IMG/VR virus record: IMGVR_UViG_2974796119_000001
Location: 14,834-78,833 of that record
DNA from: a virus
Lineage: Duplodnaviria > Caudoviricetes
Strand: one strand, 5' to 3'
DNA length: 64,000 nucleotides
Part shown: piece by piece, positions 1 through 8,557 of the stretch
Layout of the letters: each line of letters starts with the position of its first letter
Position numbering within the stretch: position 1 is the stretch's first letter
Program-made: the position numbers and the translations under genes
Notes under the pieces: model-generated
Database searches by the model: none
Told to the model about the DNA's origin: nothing
What the model saw: only the letters and a program-made list of their open reading frames with translations

Positions 1-1
1 T

Positions 2-445
2 GAAGATGCTTATGAAGATAAATCTAAGTTCGACAACTACGAAAAAGATTTAAAAGCTTACAATGACTGGGTTAAATCTGGAAAAGACCAAAGAGAAACT
101 GTAGATAACCTTAACAAAAAGCTAGATGAAATTCAAGCTGAAAGAGTAGAGGTAATTCAAAACTCTAATTTACCAGAAGATTTTGAAATGAACGAAGAAG
201 GATTATTTTACAAAGGATTACCTTTAGACCATAATCAACTTTCAAGTTCTGCTAAATACATTTGCGCTTTAAAACTAGGTGTTTTATTCCTTGGTAAAAT
301 CAGGACAATGCATTTTGACTGCTCTTTCTTAGATAAAAATTCACTTCAAGAAGTTCAAGACTGGGCTAAAACACAAGACTTGCAACTTTTAATTGAGCGT
401 CCTGATTTTGAAGCAAGAGATATTCAGTACAACATTTTAAACTAA
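2..445 (+). CDS. C-terminal end of SMC/Rad50-like ABC-type ATPase (5' truncated by window edge)
   Basis: Frame is open from base 2, upstream of the annotated ATG at 188; coiled coil, then signature-like LSSSAK and Walker B/D-loop-like MHFDCSFLD. Confidence 0.6.
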   Translation, partial: EDAYEDKSKFDNYEKDLKAYNDWVKSGKDQRETVDNLNKKLDEIQAERVEVIQNSNLPEDFEMNEEGLFYKGLPLDHNQLSSSAKYICALKLGVLFLGKIRTMHFDCSFLDKNSLQEVQDWAKTQDLQLLIERPDFEARDIQYNILN

Positions 446-459
446 AAATAAACTAATAG

Positions 460-493
460 AATGTCCAGTTTTTTAACTAATAAACTGGACATT
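460..493 (+). repeat. 12-bp perfect inverted repeat upstream of ORF 511
   Basis: AATGTCCAGTTT (460-471) / AAACTGGACATT (482-493); no U-tract follows. Confidence 0.6.
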
Positions 494-510
494 TAAAACA
501 ACCTTAAATT

Positions 511-1041
511 ATGACAAAAACACCTGAACAATTTATAAAAGAATTATTTCCTGACGTACCTCATAAAGACAGAAAAATAATTACAAATACAATTTTAATC
601 GCCTCTAATAGATTCAATAAACCTTTCGATAGTTTAGCTCTTGAATATAAAGAAAAGCACGACAAGGAAAGAGAAGAAGGGTTGCCGATAATGCTAAACC
701 ATTGTTTAAATACCGCTTTACTTATAGAAAGTAATCACTCATTACAAGGAAGCTATTTCAGTAGTTACTACAATAAAATATCAGGTAACAATGGTAGAGC
801 TTTTATGAACGCTCAAAACAAGCTTTATTTAAAAGAATTTAACCACTTAGCAACAGAACAAAGCGCTAACATAAATGACTTATTAAAATTCAAAGAAATA
901 GCCCTAGAAGCATTAAGTCATAGTTTTGATGAAGACTTTGAGGATTTAGCTGAAATTATAGATGTTTGGAGTAAGAATAAAGGCGAAAGAAAAAGAATTT
1001 TAGGTATCGCTAGAAAAATCAAAAAAGATGAAAATAGCTAG
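511..1041 (+). CDS. hypothetical protein
   Basis: 176-aa ORF with A-rich leader TAAAACAACCTTAAATT. Confidence 0.8.
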   Translation: MTKTPEQFIKELFPDVPHKDRKIITNTILIASNRFNKPFDSLALEYKEKHDKEREEGLPIMLNHCLNTALLIESNHSLQGSYFSSYYNKISGNNGRAFMNAQNKLYLKEFNHLATEQSANINDLLKFKEIALEALSHSFDEDFEDLAEIIDVWSKNKGERKRILGIARKIKKDENS

Positions 1042-1471
1042 TTCAATAACCCTTCCAGTTCAAATAAAAAACGGTAAGTTCAATTCTAATTTAAACACGA
1101 TTATAGATATTATAAAAGCTTACGAAGGGCATACAATAGATATAACTTTTAAAAAGCGTAGCAACAAACGAAGCAACAAACAGAATAAATATTACTGGTC
1201 AGTAATTATCCCCATATTTAATAATTGCATAAAAGTTGAATGGGATGAAATTTGGAGTCTTGAAGAAACACATAATTTTCTTAAAAGCAATTGTAATTAC
1301 GAAGAATTAGTAAATGAAGATACTGGAGAGATAATTAGAAGAACAAAAAGCACAACCGAAAACTCCACAACAGATCAGGAGCTATATCACAAGCAATGTA
1401 GGCGATTAGCTGATGAATTTTTCAACACAGAAATTCCATTACCAAATAAAAAATTAACCCTTAAATTCTAA
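1028..1471 (+). CDS. NinB/Orf-like recombination accessory protein
   Basis: KRSNKQNKYYW resembles the NinB RSxxQNxxxW motif. Confidence 0.6.
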   Translation: MKIASSITLPVQIKNGKFNSNLNTIIDIIKAYEGHTIDITFKKRSNKRSNKQNKYYWSVIIPIFNNCIKVEWDEIWSLEETHNFLKSNCNYEELVNEDTGEIIRRTKSTTENSTTDQELYHKQCRRLADEFFNTEIPLPNKKLTLKF

Positions 1472-1475
1472 AATT

Positions 1476-1901
1476 ATGAGCAATTTATTAAAAAACACAG
1501 ACACTAAATTAATACTTAAAACAGTAGAACAATACACAGGTATTTCTTACAAACAAGCAAATGTTAATTCAAGAAAAAGACCTATAGTTCAAACAAGGCA
1601 ACTAATTTGCTATCTTCATTGCTTATACACTAAGCACTCATTATACGTAATAGGCTCTTTATTTAATTACGACCACGCAACCGTATTGCATGCAAAAAAA
1701 ACAATAGCAAACCTCATATTTTCTGAACCTAAACTTAGAGAAACTACCGATTTAATTAAGACAGAAATAGTTAAAAAAATAGAGATAGTAAATTCACCCA
1801 GAGAGACTAAAGAAAGTGTATTTAAAACACTTTTAAAAGAGGTAAAAACGGACGATTTTAAAACAGAAGACTGGATCGAAAGATTTACAGACGCTATTTA
1901 G
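1476..1901 (+). CDS. stand-alone DnaA C-terminal (domain IV) HTH protein
   Basis: SRKRPIVQTRQLICYL...SLYVIGSLFNYDHATVLHA matches the DnaA domain IV signature (RDHTTVLHA-like). Confidence 0.75.
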   Translation: MSNLLKNTDTKLILKTVEQYTGISYKQANVNSRKRPIVQTRQLICYLHCLYTKHSLYVIGSLFNYDHATVLHAKKTIANLIFSEPKLRETTDLIKTEIVKKIEIVNSPRETKESVFKTLLKEVKTDDFKTEDWIERFTDAI

Positions 1902-1943
1902 AAAAAAGTTATTAACACGTTCTTTTTTAACACAATAAAGCAT

Positions 1944-1951
1944 TATATTTG
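1944..1951 (+). promoter_or_regulatory. Bacteroidota sigma70-type -7 promoter element for replication genes
   Basis: TATATTTG matches TAnnTTTG. Confidence 0.7.
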
Positions 1952-1967
1952 CAATGTTAGTATATTA

Positions 1968-2063
1968 GTAGGATTCTATACGTAGCAAAAAACATAAAGA
2001 AACAATCTTCTTAGATGACAGGCGAATCCTACAACAGCCTTGATTTTAAGGAGATTTTTTTTT
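1968..2063 (+). promoter_or_regulatory. structured 5' leader (loop-leader pairing switch) of the replication initiator
   Basis: GTAGGATTC (1968-1976) is complementary to GAATCCTAC (2024-2032), which sits in the loop of hairpin AATCTTCTTA/TAAGGAGATT followed by a T-run. Confidence 0.6.
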
Positions 2064-2070
2064 AACTAAC

Positions 2071-2838
2071 ATGAACTATATAGAGATTATCAATAACTTT
2101 TGGGCATACACAGAAGATAAAGACATATCCTCAAGTGATACATCTGTTTATTTCGCCTTATTAAAATACAACAATTCACTTAACTGGATAAAAGAATTTA
2201 GATGTGATTATGCAGTGATTTGTCAATACTCAAGAGTGTCTAAAAACACCTTCTACAAATCAATAGATAACCTTTCTGATTTAAAATTAATTCAATACGA
2301 AAAAGGAGTTAGAAACCATCTTAAACCTAAAGTTTCTATTCTTAAAATTAAGAACAGAAAGGGAATAATAAAGGAACAGAAAGGGAACACAGAAGGAACA
2401 CAAGAGGAACAGAAAGGGAACTTATATAAACTACTAAACATAGAAACTATTAAACTATTAAACAATAAAAACTATTCAAAAAAAATTAATGATAATTTAA
2501 AAATTTGGTTAGGACTTGAAGAAGGAGTTTTTAATTTTAGAAAAGAACTTTTAAGTTTAGGCGCTAAAGAAGATTTAGCAAATGACTGGTTAAAAGTTAG
2601 AAAAAATAAAAAAGCTTCAAATACAAAAACAGCTTTTAAACTATTTCACAACCAAGTAATAAAATCAAAAAAAGAAATAAACGAAATTTTGACTATTTGC
2701 ATAGCTAAAGATTGGAAATCGTTTAATGCTAGTTGGAAAATAGAAACACAAAATTCAAACACCAACGATAGAAACTATAATTTCAATAATCAGCCAGGAG
2801 GAATACCAAGCGTTCCCTTTGAAACAAACAGAGATTAA
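2071..2838 (+). CDS. phage replication initiator (lambda O/DnaD-like, N-terminal wHTH)
   Basis: N-terminal HTH-like segment, internal direct repeats, directly upstream of a loader ATPase. Confidence 0.7.
   Translation: MNYIEIINNFWAYTEDKDISSSDTSVYFALLKYNNSLNWIKEFRCDYAVICQYSRVSKNTFYKSIDNLSDLKLIQYEKGVRNHLKPKVSILKIKNRKGIIKEQKGNTEGTQEEQKGNLYKLLNIETIKLLNNKNYSKKINDNLKIWLGLEEGVFNFRKELLSLGAKEDLANDWLKVRKNKKASNTKTAFKLFHNQVIKSKKEINEILTICIAKDWKSFNASWKIETQNSNTNDRNYNFNNQPGGIPSVPFETNRD
2352..2420 (+). repeat. three 14-bp iterons, putative origin of replication inside the initiator gene
   Basis: GAACAGAAAGGGAA at 2352-2365, 2374-2387 and 2407-2420, followed by an AT-rich AAACTA-repeat tract. Confidence 0.65.
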
Positions 2839-3736
2839 AATGGAAAAACCTGATATAAACAAAATCATAGAGGAAAACTTCAAAGTAATCGGTAGACATA
2901 AGTACAACAAACTTAAAAGCTATAATTTCGATGAAATGACAACCGAAGAAATGGTAAAATTCAGAGAAAGAAATAAAATTTCTGTAGCTGAAGCTCTAAA
3001 ACAAATTGAAAAATACGAATCTAAAAACCAAGCAAATCAGAATCAAAGCGAGAAGTCAAAAGAATACTTCAAGAAAGTTCGAGAAAATGTAGTTCCAGAA
3101 AAAAAAAAAATGACTAAAGAATGGTTATGGGATAAGTTTAACCGAGAGTATTTTAAACAAAATAAAGTTAAATACTCAACAGAAGATGTTTACTTAGAAA
3201 ACCTTAAACCGTTAATTTATTATTTCATTGGTGATTTTGAAAACTTCAAGAAATGCAAGCATCTTTCAAAAATATCAGAAGCAAGTTTCAATAAAGGGAT
3301 TTTGATGATTGGAGGTTACGGTAACGGTAAAACATCTACAATGAAAGCTTTTGAAGCTGTTTTAAAGAACACAAATGTAATATTTAAAGGTTACTCCGCA
3401 AATGAGTTAGTTACGCTATATGAGGGTTGTCAAAATCCATTAGACAAACAAGAGTTTCAGAGAATTTCTGTAAAAGGAACAAGATATTTTGATGATGTTT
3501 TAACTGAAAGAATGGCATCAAACTATGGTAAATCCAATCTTATAAAAGATATTTTAGAAGAAAGGTATAATAAAAATTTAAGAACCTACGCTTCAATAAA
3601 TCATAAAGAAGGGTTTGGTCAGGATATAAAAAAATCTATTGAGCAGATAGGAGAAAAATATGGACCAAGAGTTTATGATCGTATTTTCGATATGTTTAAT
3701 GTGATTGAGTTTAAAGGAAGTAGTTTTAGAAAATAA
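2819..3736 (+). CDS. DnaC/IstB-like AAA+ helicase loader
   Basis: Walker A GGYGNGKT, Walker B YFDD, ERYN and RVYDRIFDM motifs; adjacent to initiator. Confidence 0.75.
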   Translation: MKQTEIKMEKPDINKIIEENFKVIGRHKYNKLKSYNFDEMTTEEMVKFRERNKISVAEALKQIEKYESKNQANQNQSEKSKEYFKKVRENVVPEKKKMTKEWLWDKFNREYFKQNKVKYSTEDVYLENLKPLIYYFIGDFENFKKCKHLSKISEASFNKGILMIGGYGNGKTSTMKAFEAVLKNTNVIFKGYSANELVTLYEGCQNPLDKQEFQRISVKGTRYFDDVLTERMASNYGKSNLIKDILEERYNKNLRTYASINHKEGFGQDIKKSIEQIGEKYGPRVYDRIFDMFNVIEFKGSSFRK

Positions 3737-3757
3737 ACGTAAAACAATAAAATAATC

Positions 3758-3940
3758 ATGAGATTTCATGGGCAATATTGCGTTGTATGCGAACAGCAAA
3801 CTATGTTCATTGAGAAGCTAAAAGACCCTAAAGACGGGTTTTGTGAAGAGATAGTAGATGTTTGTTTAGAATGTAATAATAAGTTCTCGGCAAAACCTGA
3901 GAAGAAAAAAATTAAAATAACCTTTAAAACAATAAAATAA
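3758..3940 (+). CDS. small zinc-ribbon protein
   Basis: CVVC...CLEC. Confidence 0.6.
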   Translation: MRFHGQYCVVCEQQTMFIEKLKDPKDGFCEEIVDVCLECNNKFSAKPEKKKIKITFKTIK

Positions 3941-4329
3941 TGAAAACAGAATTATCAAATCAAAAATTAGTATTCGTGCCAGTAAAATTAAGTGAAAGAA
4001 AACCTGACTTAAACCAAAGAATATTTTTTTATAACTCAAGAACTAAAGGAGGTCTTATATCAGAGTATATTCCAAATGAACTCATAGAAACATCAAAAGG
4101 CAAACTAAAAGAATTAAAAAATGTTAAGGTCGCTGTAGATATGATTATTAATAATCACACACATTGGCTAGAACCAACAGTAGTTACAACTAAAAAATTT
4201 GTGCTTAGAAATGATAAAAATTATGATTTTTTATTAAAAAAAGAACACTTACTTGAGCTTATAAACGAAGCAAGACACCCTAGAAGTATTAATAAAACAC
4301 CAGAGGAATTATACAATAAGTATTTTTAA
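3940..4329 (+). CDS. hypothetical protein
   Basis: 129-aa ORF translationally coupled to the previous gene. Confidence 0.75.
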   Translation: MKTELSNQKLVFVPVKLSERKPDLNQRIFFYNSRTKGGLISEYIPNELIETSKGKLKELKNVKVAVDMIINNHTHWLEPTVVTTKKFVLRNDKNYDFLLKKEHLLELINEARHPRSINKTPEELYNKYF

Positions 4330-4340
4330 AAAATAAAGTA

Positions 4341-4562
4341 ATGGCATTAAGTAACGTAGAAGAAATTAGAAAAGGAATAGCTTTACAAACTTACAATAAA
4401 GCATTACATAGATTTATTCCTGGAGAAGAAGTAACGATTTCTTTAATTCAGAAAAAATGTAGATGTGGTTATTATTCAGCTTCAGAAGCTTATAGATTGC
4501 TTATTTCAAACAATGAAATAAAAGAAACAGAAGGTAAAACAGGAGTTGGAATAGTAATTTAA
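4341..4562 (+). CDS. stand-alone FtsK gamma-like winged-helix protein
   Basis: YNKA...VTISLIQKKCRCGYYSA...L...I...EG follows the FtsK-gamma pattern ASxSxLQRxLRIGYNRA. Confidence 0.55.
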   Translation: MALSNVEEIRKGIALQTYNKALHRFIPGEEVTISLIQKKCRCGYYSASEAYRLLISNNEIKETEGKTGVGIVI

Positions 4563-4576
4563 ACAACAAAGAAATT

Positions 4577-4867
4577 ATGGAAATTAAATTTGAAAGAATA
4601 CAAGAAAATTTACAAGAAAACCTAGAGGATTATAAATTAAAAACAAACGAACAGTTAATTAATTATATAATTGAGTTCGGGTGTGGTGAAACAGGATTTC
4701 ACACAGGAGACATTGAAAGATTAATCAAAGAAAATCAATGGCTAAAAAAGAAACAAGAAGAAATAAAATGTAGTTCATGCGGAAAAGGAACTCCAGAACT
4801 ATGCGGTAGTTGTGTTAGTGATATAGCACAAGAAACAGGTGAACAAGCAATTAACTCAATAATATAA
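4577..4867 (+). CDS. hypothetical protein with CxxC-CxxC motif
   Basis: CSSC...CGSC. Confidence 0.7.
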   Translation: MEIKFERIQENLQENLEDYKLKTNEQLINYIIEFGCGETGFHTGDIERLIKENQWLKKKQEEIKCSSCGKGTPELCGSCVSDIAQETGEQAINSII

Positions 4868-4869
4868 GC

Positions 4870-5079
4870 ATGACACCAAAAGACAACGCTAGAGTAATAA
4901 CAGATAAGTTCTACAAAATTCAAATTACAGCAGGTAAAACTCCTGATTGGGATATAGCCAAAAAACAAGCAGAATTTTTATGTAGTGAAGTTATAGCAGT
5001 TATTCCAATGTACACAAGGAAATTAAATCCTAAATGGAAATTATGGAATGACACTAAAGAACAATTATTAAAATTATAA
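4870..5079 (+). CDS. hypothetical protein, paralogue-like to 54608-54892
   Basis: TPK..A...AKKQAEFLCSEVI...W..TKE pattern shared with the 54.6 kb ORF. Confidence 0.7.
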   Translation: MTPKDNARVITDKFYKIQITAGKTPDWDIAKKQAEFLCSEVIAVIPMYTRKLNPKWKLWNDTKEQLLKL

Positions 5080-5083
5080 AATA

Positions 5084-5278
5084 ATGAAAGACTCACAAGG
5101 TAATAATTGGATTAAAGCAGATAAACCCCAAAGAGAATATCCAATAGGAACAATGTTTAAAGCAATAACCGGAGGATATTGGATAAGAGTAGGACATGGT
5201 TTCAGATGGTGTACAGGAAGCACGTTCCCAACCGTTGGAGGTGATTGGGATGGAACAGTATGTTTACCAGTAAATTAA
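5084..5278 (+). CDS. hypothetical protein
   Basis: 64-aa ORF in a tightly packed operon. Confidence 0.7.
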   Translation: MKDSQGNNWIKADKPQREYPIGTMFKAITGGYWIRVGHGFRWCTGSTFPTVGGDWDGTVCLPVN

Positions 5279-5299
5279 TAATTAAAACAACGATAAATT

Positions 5300-5665
5300 A
5301 TGGATCAGATTAAAGAACTTTTAGACATTTTAAAAGAAACTCCAGAAATGGCATTATGGGGTATAAGTATATATTTTATTTTTATACTTATAAAACTATC
5401 AAGTTGGATATTAGCTATTAAATTAGTTGCAAGTCAGTTTATAAAAAGATTTTTCGACCATAAAGAAACACTTACTGCTTTAGAGGTTAAAAAACTAAAT
5501 AATAAAAGAGGTATAAGTATAGCTGAAAACTTCAAGGAAAATGCAATATCAAATGTAAATTACAATCTGTTTTTAGAATTAATTAATGAGTTAAAATCAA
5601 CCAATTACATACATGAATCAGATATTAGAAAAGCAATAAACATACTTAAAAACAGTAAGAAATAA
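5300..5665 (+). CDS. membrane-anchored hypothetical protein
   Basis: hydrophobic segment ALWGISIYFIFILIKLSSWILAI. Confidence 0.7.
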   Translation: MDQIKELLDILKETPEMALWGISIYFIFILIKLSSWILAIKLVASQFIKRFFDHKETLTALEVKKLNNKRGISIAENFKENAISNVNYNLFLELINELKSTNYIHESDIRKAINILKNSKK

Positions 5666-6045
5666 TGAAAAGAGAAATATTATATAAAGGTGAAACAGTA
5701 GGTAGTAAAAAATTGGTAGAAGGATACATAATGCCTTGTTACGAGAACAATCAATTTAAAATAAGTTACTGGGAAGATATTCTAGTTGATGGAGAAACAA
5801 ACACTTATGAGCCAGTTATATTTAGTTATGAAGTAATTCCAGAAACAGTAAGCCAATTCATAAGACTAGATTCAGATAAAAAAAGAGTATTCGAAGGTGA
5901 TATTTTAGACGAAGAATATACTGCTAAATGGAGCAATGAAAAATGTGGTTTTTACCTAGAAAGTAAGTTTGGAAGCGATCACAATAAACCTATGAGCTTC
6001 ATAGATGAAAACAACTTAAAAGTAACAGGAAATATACACGATTAA
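5665..6045 (+). CDS. YopX-family protein
   Basis: MKREILYKG...VIPETVSQF...VFEGDIL...VTGNIHD. Confidence 0.8.
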   Translation: MKREILYKGETVGSKKLVEGYIMPCYENNQFKISYWEDILVDGETNTYEPVIFSYEVIPETVSQFIRLDSDKKRVFEGDILDEEYTAKWSNEKCGFYLESKFGSDHNKPMSFIDENNLKVTGNIHD

Positions 6046-6047
6046 TC

Positions 6048-6356
6048 ATGAAACTATATAGATACAAATCAGAAGTATGGTCTTTATTTACAGACGAAGG
6101 AGAATGGTTAGAAAACCCTGAACCTAGAACTATTTTAGAAGAACATACTGTAGTAAGGGAAACACCAAAAACATATTTAATAAGGTTAAACGGTAAAGAA
6201 AAAAGAATATCAAAAACCGCTAAAAACACTTTTGCTTACAAAACAAAAGAAAAAGCTTTAAACAATTATAAAAAAAGATGTATTAGTAATTTCGCACATT
6301 GCAAAAGAGCTTTTGAAATAGCAAAGATATTTTACGAAAACAGCAAGACCATGTAA
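6048..6356 (+). CDS. hypothetical protein
   Basis: 102-aa ORF in operon. Confidence 0.7.
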   Translation: MKLYRYKSEVWSLFTDEGEWLENPEPRTILEEHTVVRETPKTYLIRLNGKEKRISKTAKNTFAYKTKEKALNNYKKRCISNFAHCKRAFEIAKIFYENSKTM

Positions 6357-6359
6357 ACA

Positions 6360-6524
6360 ATGACTAAACTATCACTTAAAGAACTACATGAAATAGAAGT
6401 AATACATAGCGTAGTATCATTTTGCACTTGTGTAGACGACACTAATGTCGTTAACAGAAATAAAACCTGTAGTAAATATGGGTTGGAAATTATAAAGCCT
6501 GACACCTTAAAAAAAAAACAATAA
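6360..6524 (+). CDS. 54-aa Cys-containing ORF missing from the ORF track, with an eroded attC-like core
   Basis: MTKLSLKELHEIEVIHSVVSFCTC...; ATACATAGCGTAGT (6402-6415) is 12/14 identical to 18615-18628. Confidence 0.55.
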   Translation: MTKLSLKELHEIEVIHSVVSFCTCVDDTNVVNRNKTCSKYGLEIIKPDTLKKKQ

Positions 6525-6539
6525 TTTAATTAATAAAAA

Positions 6540-6737
6540 ATGTACAGCAATCATAACGTATTAACAATACCAAAAAGCAACAAGGACAAATACAAAGTAG
6601 GAGATAGATATTTAGCACCTCAAAATGCAAACTGGAGAATAAAAAGATTCAATGGTTTATTTATAGAAAACATTGATTTCACTTCCGGAATGAGATTACA
6701 TTTTAATTATGAAGAATGGTTTACTAACAAAAAATAG
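6540..6737 (+). CDS. hypothetical protein
   Basis: 65-aa ORF with A-rich leader. Confidence 0.65.
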   Translation: MYSNHNVLTIPKSNKDKYKVGDRYLAPQNANWRIKRFNGLFIENIDFTSGMRLHFNYEEWFTNKK

Positions 6738-6742
6738 AAATA

Positions 6743-7045
6743 ATGAAAACTAATTTTGGAAAAACATTAAAGAAAATAAGAAAAATAAAAGGACTAAGAC
6801 AAGAAGATGTAGAAGCTGCTGCAGGAATGGATCACAGAGTATATAGTGAAACAGAAAATGATAAAAATAACGCTACACTTGCAACACTAGAAAAAGTATC
6901 TAATGGTTTTAACATACCTTTGGCAGTAATATTCTGGTTAGGAATGGATGAAGATAGTATTCCAAAAGACCATAAAAAACACGAATTTCTAATGGTTAAA
7001 CAAAAAATAGATGCCATGTTTAATAATTTATACGATTTAAACTAA
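6743..7045 (+). CDS. XRE-family HTH transcriptional regulator
   Basis: FGKTLKKIRKIKGLRQEDV...YSETENDKNNATLATLEKVS. Confidence 0.85.
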   Translation: MKTNFGKTLKKIRKIKGLRQEDVEAAAGMDHRVYSETENDKNNATLATLEKVSNGFNIPLAVIFWLGMDEDSIPKDHKKHEFLMVKQKIDAMFNNLYDLN

Positions 7046-7056
7046 AAATAAACAAA

Positions 7057-7509
7057 ATGAGGGGATTAAAAATATTATTAGTAATAATGTGCATTAGTTG
7101 GGGGGCAAATGCACAACAAACAACATACGATTTTTCAGTATCAAGTTCAACGAATTTTAGCAAAGGAGCCGAATTAAGAGGTAACTTTAAAACATGGTAC
7201 ATAGCTTTTCAATTAGAACACTTCTTAAAAGATAAAGACTTTCTTTTAAACTGGGGTGCAGCTATTGGAATAATGAAAAACTACAATGATTTTACCTTTA
7301 CAGGAGGTGTAAGATTTGGATTTATTATTAAAAACGGCTACACGAAGCCATCTAAAGGATTAGAAACAGAAATAGATTACAACGTAACAGACACTATGTT
7401 CTTTGGGGTTCGTGGAGCGTACGATGTTTACCATGATAGCCCTGATATAAATACACCAACATCAAAAGATATGATTAGAGCTTTTGTGAAAGTTGGTTTT
7501 AAATTTTAA
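7057..7509 (+). CDS. secreted outer-membrane beta-barrel-like protein
   Basis: signal peptide ending ANA-Q, alternating hydrophobic strands, C-terminal VKVGFKF (BAM-type aromatic end). Confidence 0.7.
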   Translation: MRGLKILLVIMCISWGANAQQTTYDFSVSSSTNFSKGAELRGNFKTWYIAFQLEHFLKDKDFLLNWGAAIGIMKNYNDFTFTGGVRFGFIIKNGYTKPSKGLETEIDYNVTDTMFFGVRGAYDVYHDSPDINTPTSKDMIRAFVKVGFKF

Positions 7510-7521
7510 AAAACAACAAAA

Positions 7522-7938
7522 ATGAGACACTTAATAATTAGATTATTTTTTCTTAGTTACTTAACTAGGTTTCTAGGAATAACATTTAGATTCACAAGGT
7601 TAGCACCAGTTATAGTCCCTTTAATTTGCTTAGGTGGGTATTTATCCATTAAAGACAAACAGAGCGCAATTCTATACTCTATAACAGCATTAATTGTAAT
7701 AATATTTTACGTACCAAATTACTACTTAAAGAAAACTAAAATAAGACTGCAGGAATTAAACAACGATCAAAAATGGTTTTTCATAAGAAGAACATTTATT
7801 AAAAAAATAGACTACAAACAAGTAGAATCTATTAATTACAAAATGAAAATAAACAACAATAAATATTTTTACAATGTTGTTCCATTTTTATTCATATCAA
7901 TACCACCAACTATAATTATTTTATTACTTATATTTTAA
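7522..7938 (+). CDS. inner-membrane protein
   Basis: 3-4 hydrophobic segments. Confidence 0.7.
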   Translation: MRHLIIRLFFLSYLTRFLGITFRFTRLAPVIVPLICLGGYLSIKDKQSAILYSITALIVIIFYVPNYYLKKTKIRLQELNNDQKWFFIRRTFIKKIDYKQVESINYKMKINNNKYFYNVVPFLFISIPPTIIILLLIF

Positions 7939-7940
7939 CC

Positions 7941-7975
7941 AAACCCTATCTTTTTAAAAAGGATAGGGTTTTTTT
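7941..7975 (+). terminator. intrinsic terminator (AAACCCTATC family)
   Basis: AAACCCTATC/GATAGGGTTT stem plus T-run. Confidence 0.8.
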
Positions 7976-8445
7976 GTGCTTTCAAGATACCTATCGATTA
8001 CACTTGTAGCACGACTATCATCATCCATTATTGCCTTTCTATTTACTCCAACATACTTATCGCTATCAGTAAAAGACTTTAAAAGATTTATAACCAAAAG
8101 AACACCCGAAGCAGAAAGACTTATTAGCTTCTTTCCGTTCATAGAATAATCATCTTCCAGAAACCCTTTCTTATACAGTTTACTCAAACTAAAACCACCA
8201 CTTTCCAATTCTATTATCGTAGAAAACATTCCTAATTCATAAAGATAAAGCAACATCAAAACGTCACTATGAGATATATTATTCTTTTTAGAAGATAAAT
8301 CTACATGTAGTATTAAATAGCATAAATCAATTTTTGAAGAGTCTATTTTTATATCGTCATAACGATACTTTTTAGAATAATCTATATTCTTATCTTCTAC
8401 TTCACCAATCACAACAATCCTTCTTTCAGTACTTTTTTCAGCCAT
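7954..8445 (-). CDS. MarR-like winged-helix protein, candidate late-gene regulator
   Basis: ISHSDVLMLLYLYE...LSKLYKKGFL...LISLSASG; divergent from the head operon. Confidence 0.5.
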   Translation of the reverse strand: MAEKSTERRIVVIGEVEDKNIDYSKKYRYDDIKIDSSKIDLCYLILHVDLSSKKNNISHSDVLMLLYLYELGMFSTIIELESGGFSLSKLYKKGFLEDDYSMNGKKLISLSASGVLLVINLLKSFTDSDKYVGVNRKAIMDDDSRATSVIDRYLESTKKPYPF

Positions 8446-8484
8446 AAACTTCTATTTCGAGAATAAAATTATAAATAAATCCTA

Positions 8485-8530
8485 ACATTACCAATACTTT
8501 TATAAGTTTTTCTAATATATACTATAATTG
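8485..8530 (+). promoter_or_regulatory. late-type promoter of the scaffold/capsid operon
   Basis: ACATTACCAATA - 26 nt - TATAATTG. Confidence 0.6.
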
Positions 8531-8557
8531 CATATAGAAATAATAAAAAGAAATTAA

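Noticed and set aside
3780-3796. Additional attC core (GTTGTATGCGAACAG)
   Set aside because: No inverted-repeat arm or partner core; explained by the CxxC codons of a zinc ribbon.
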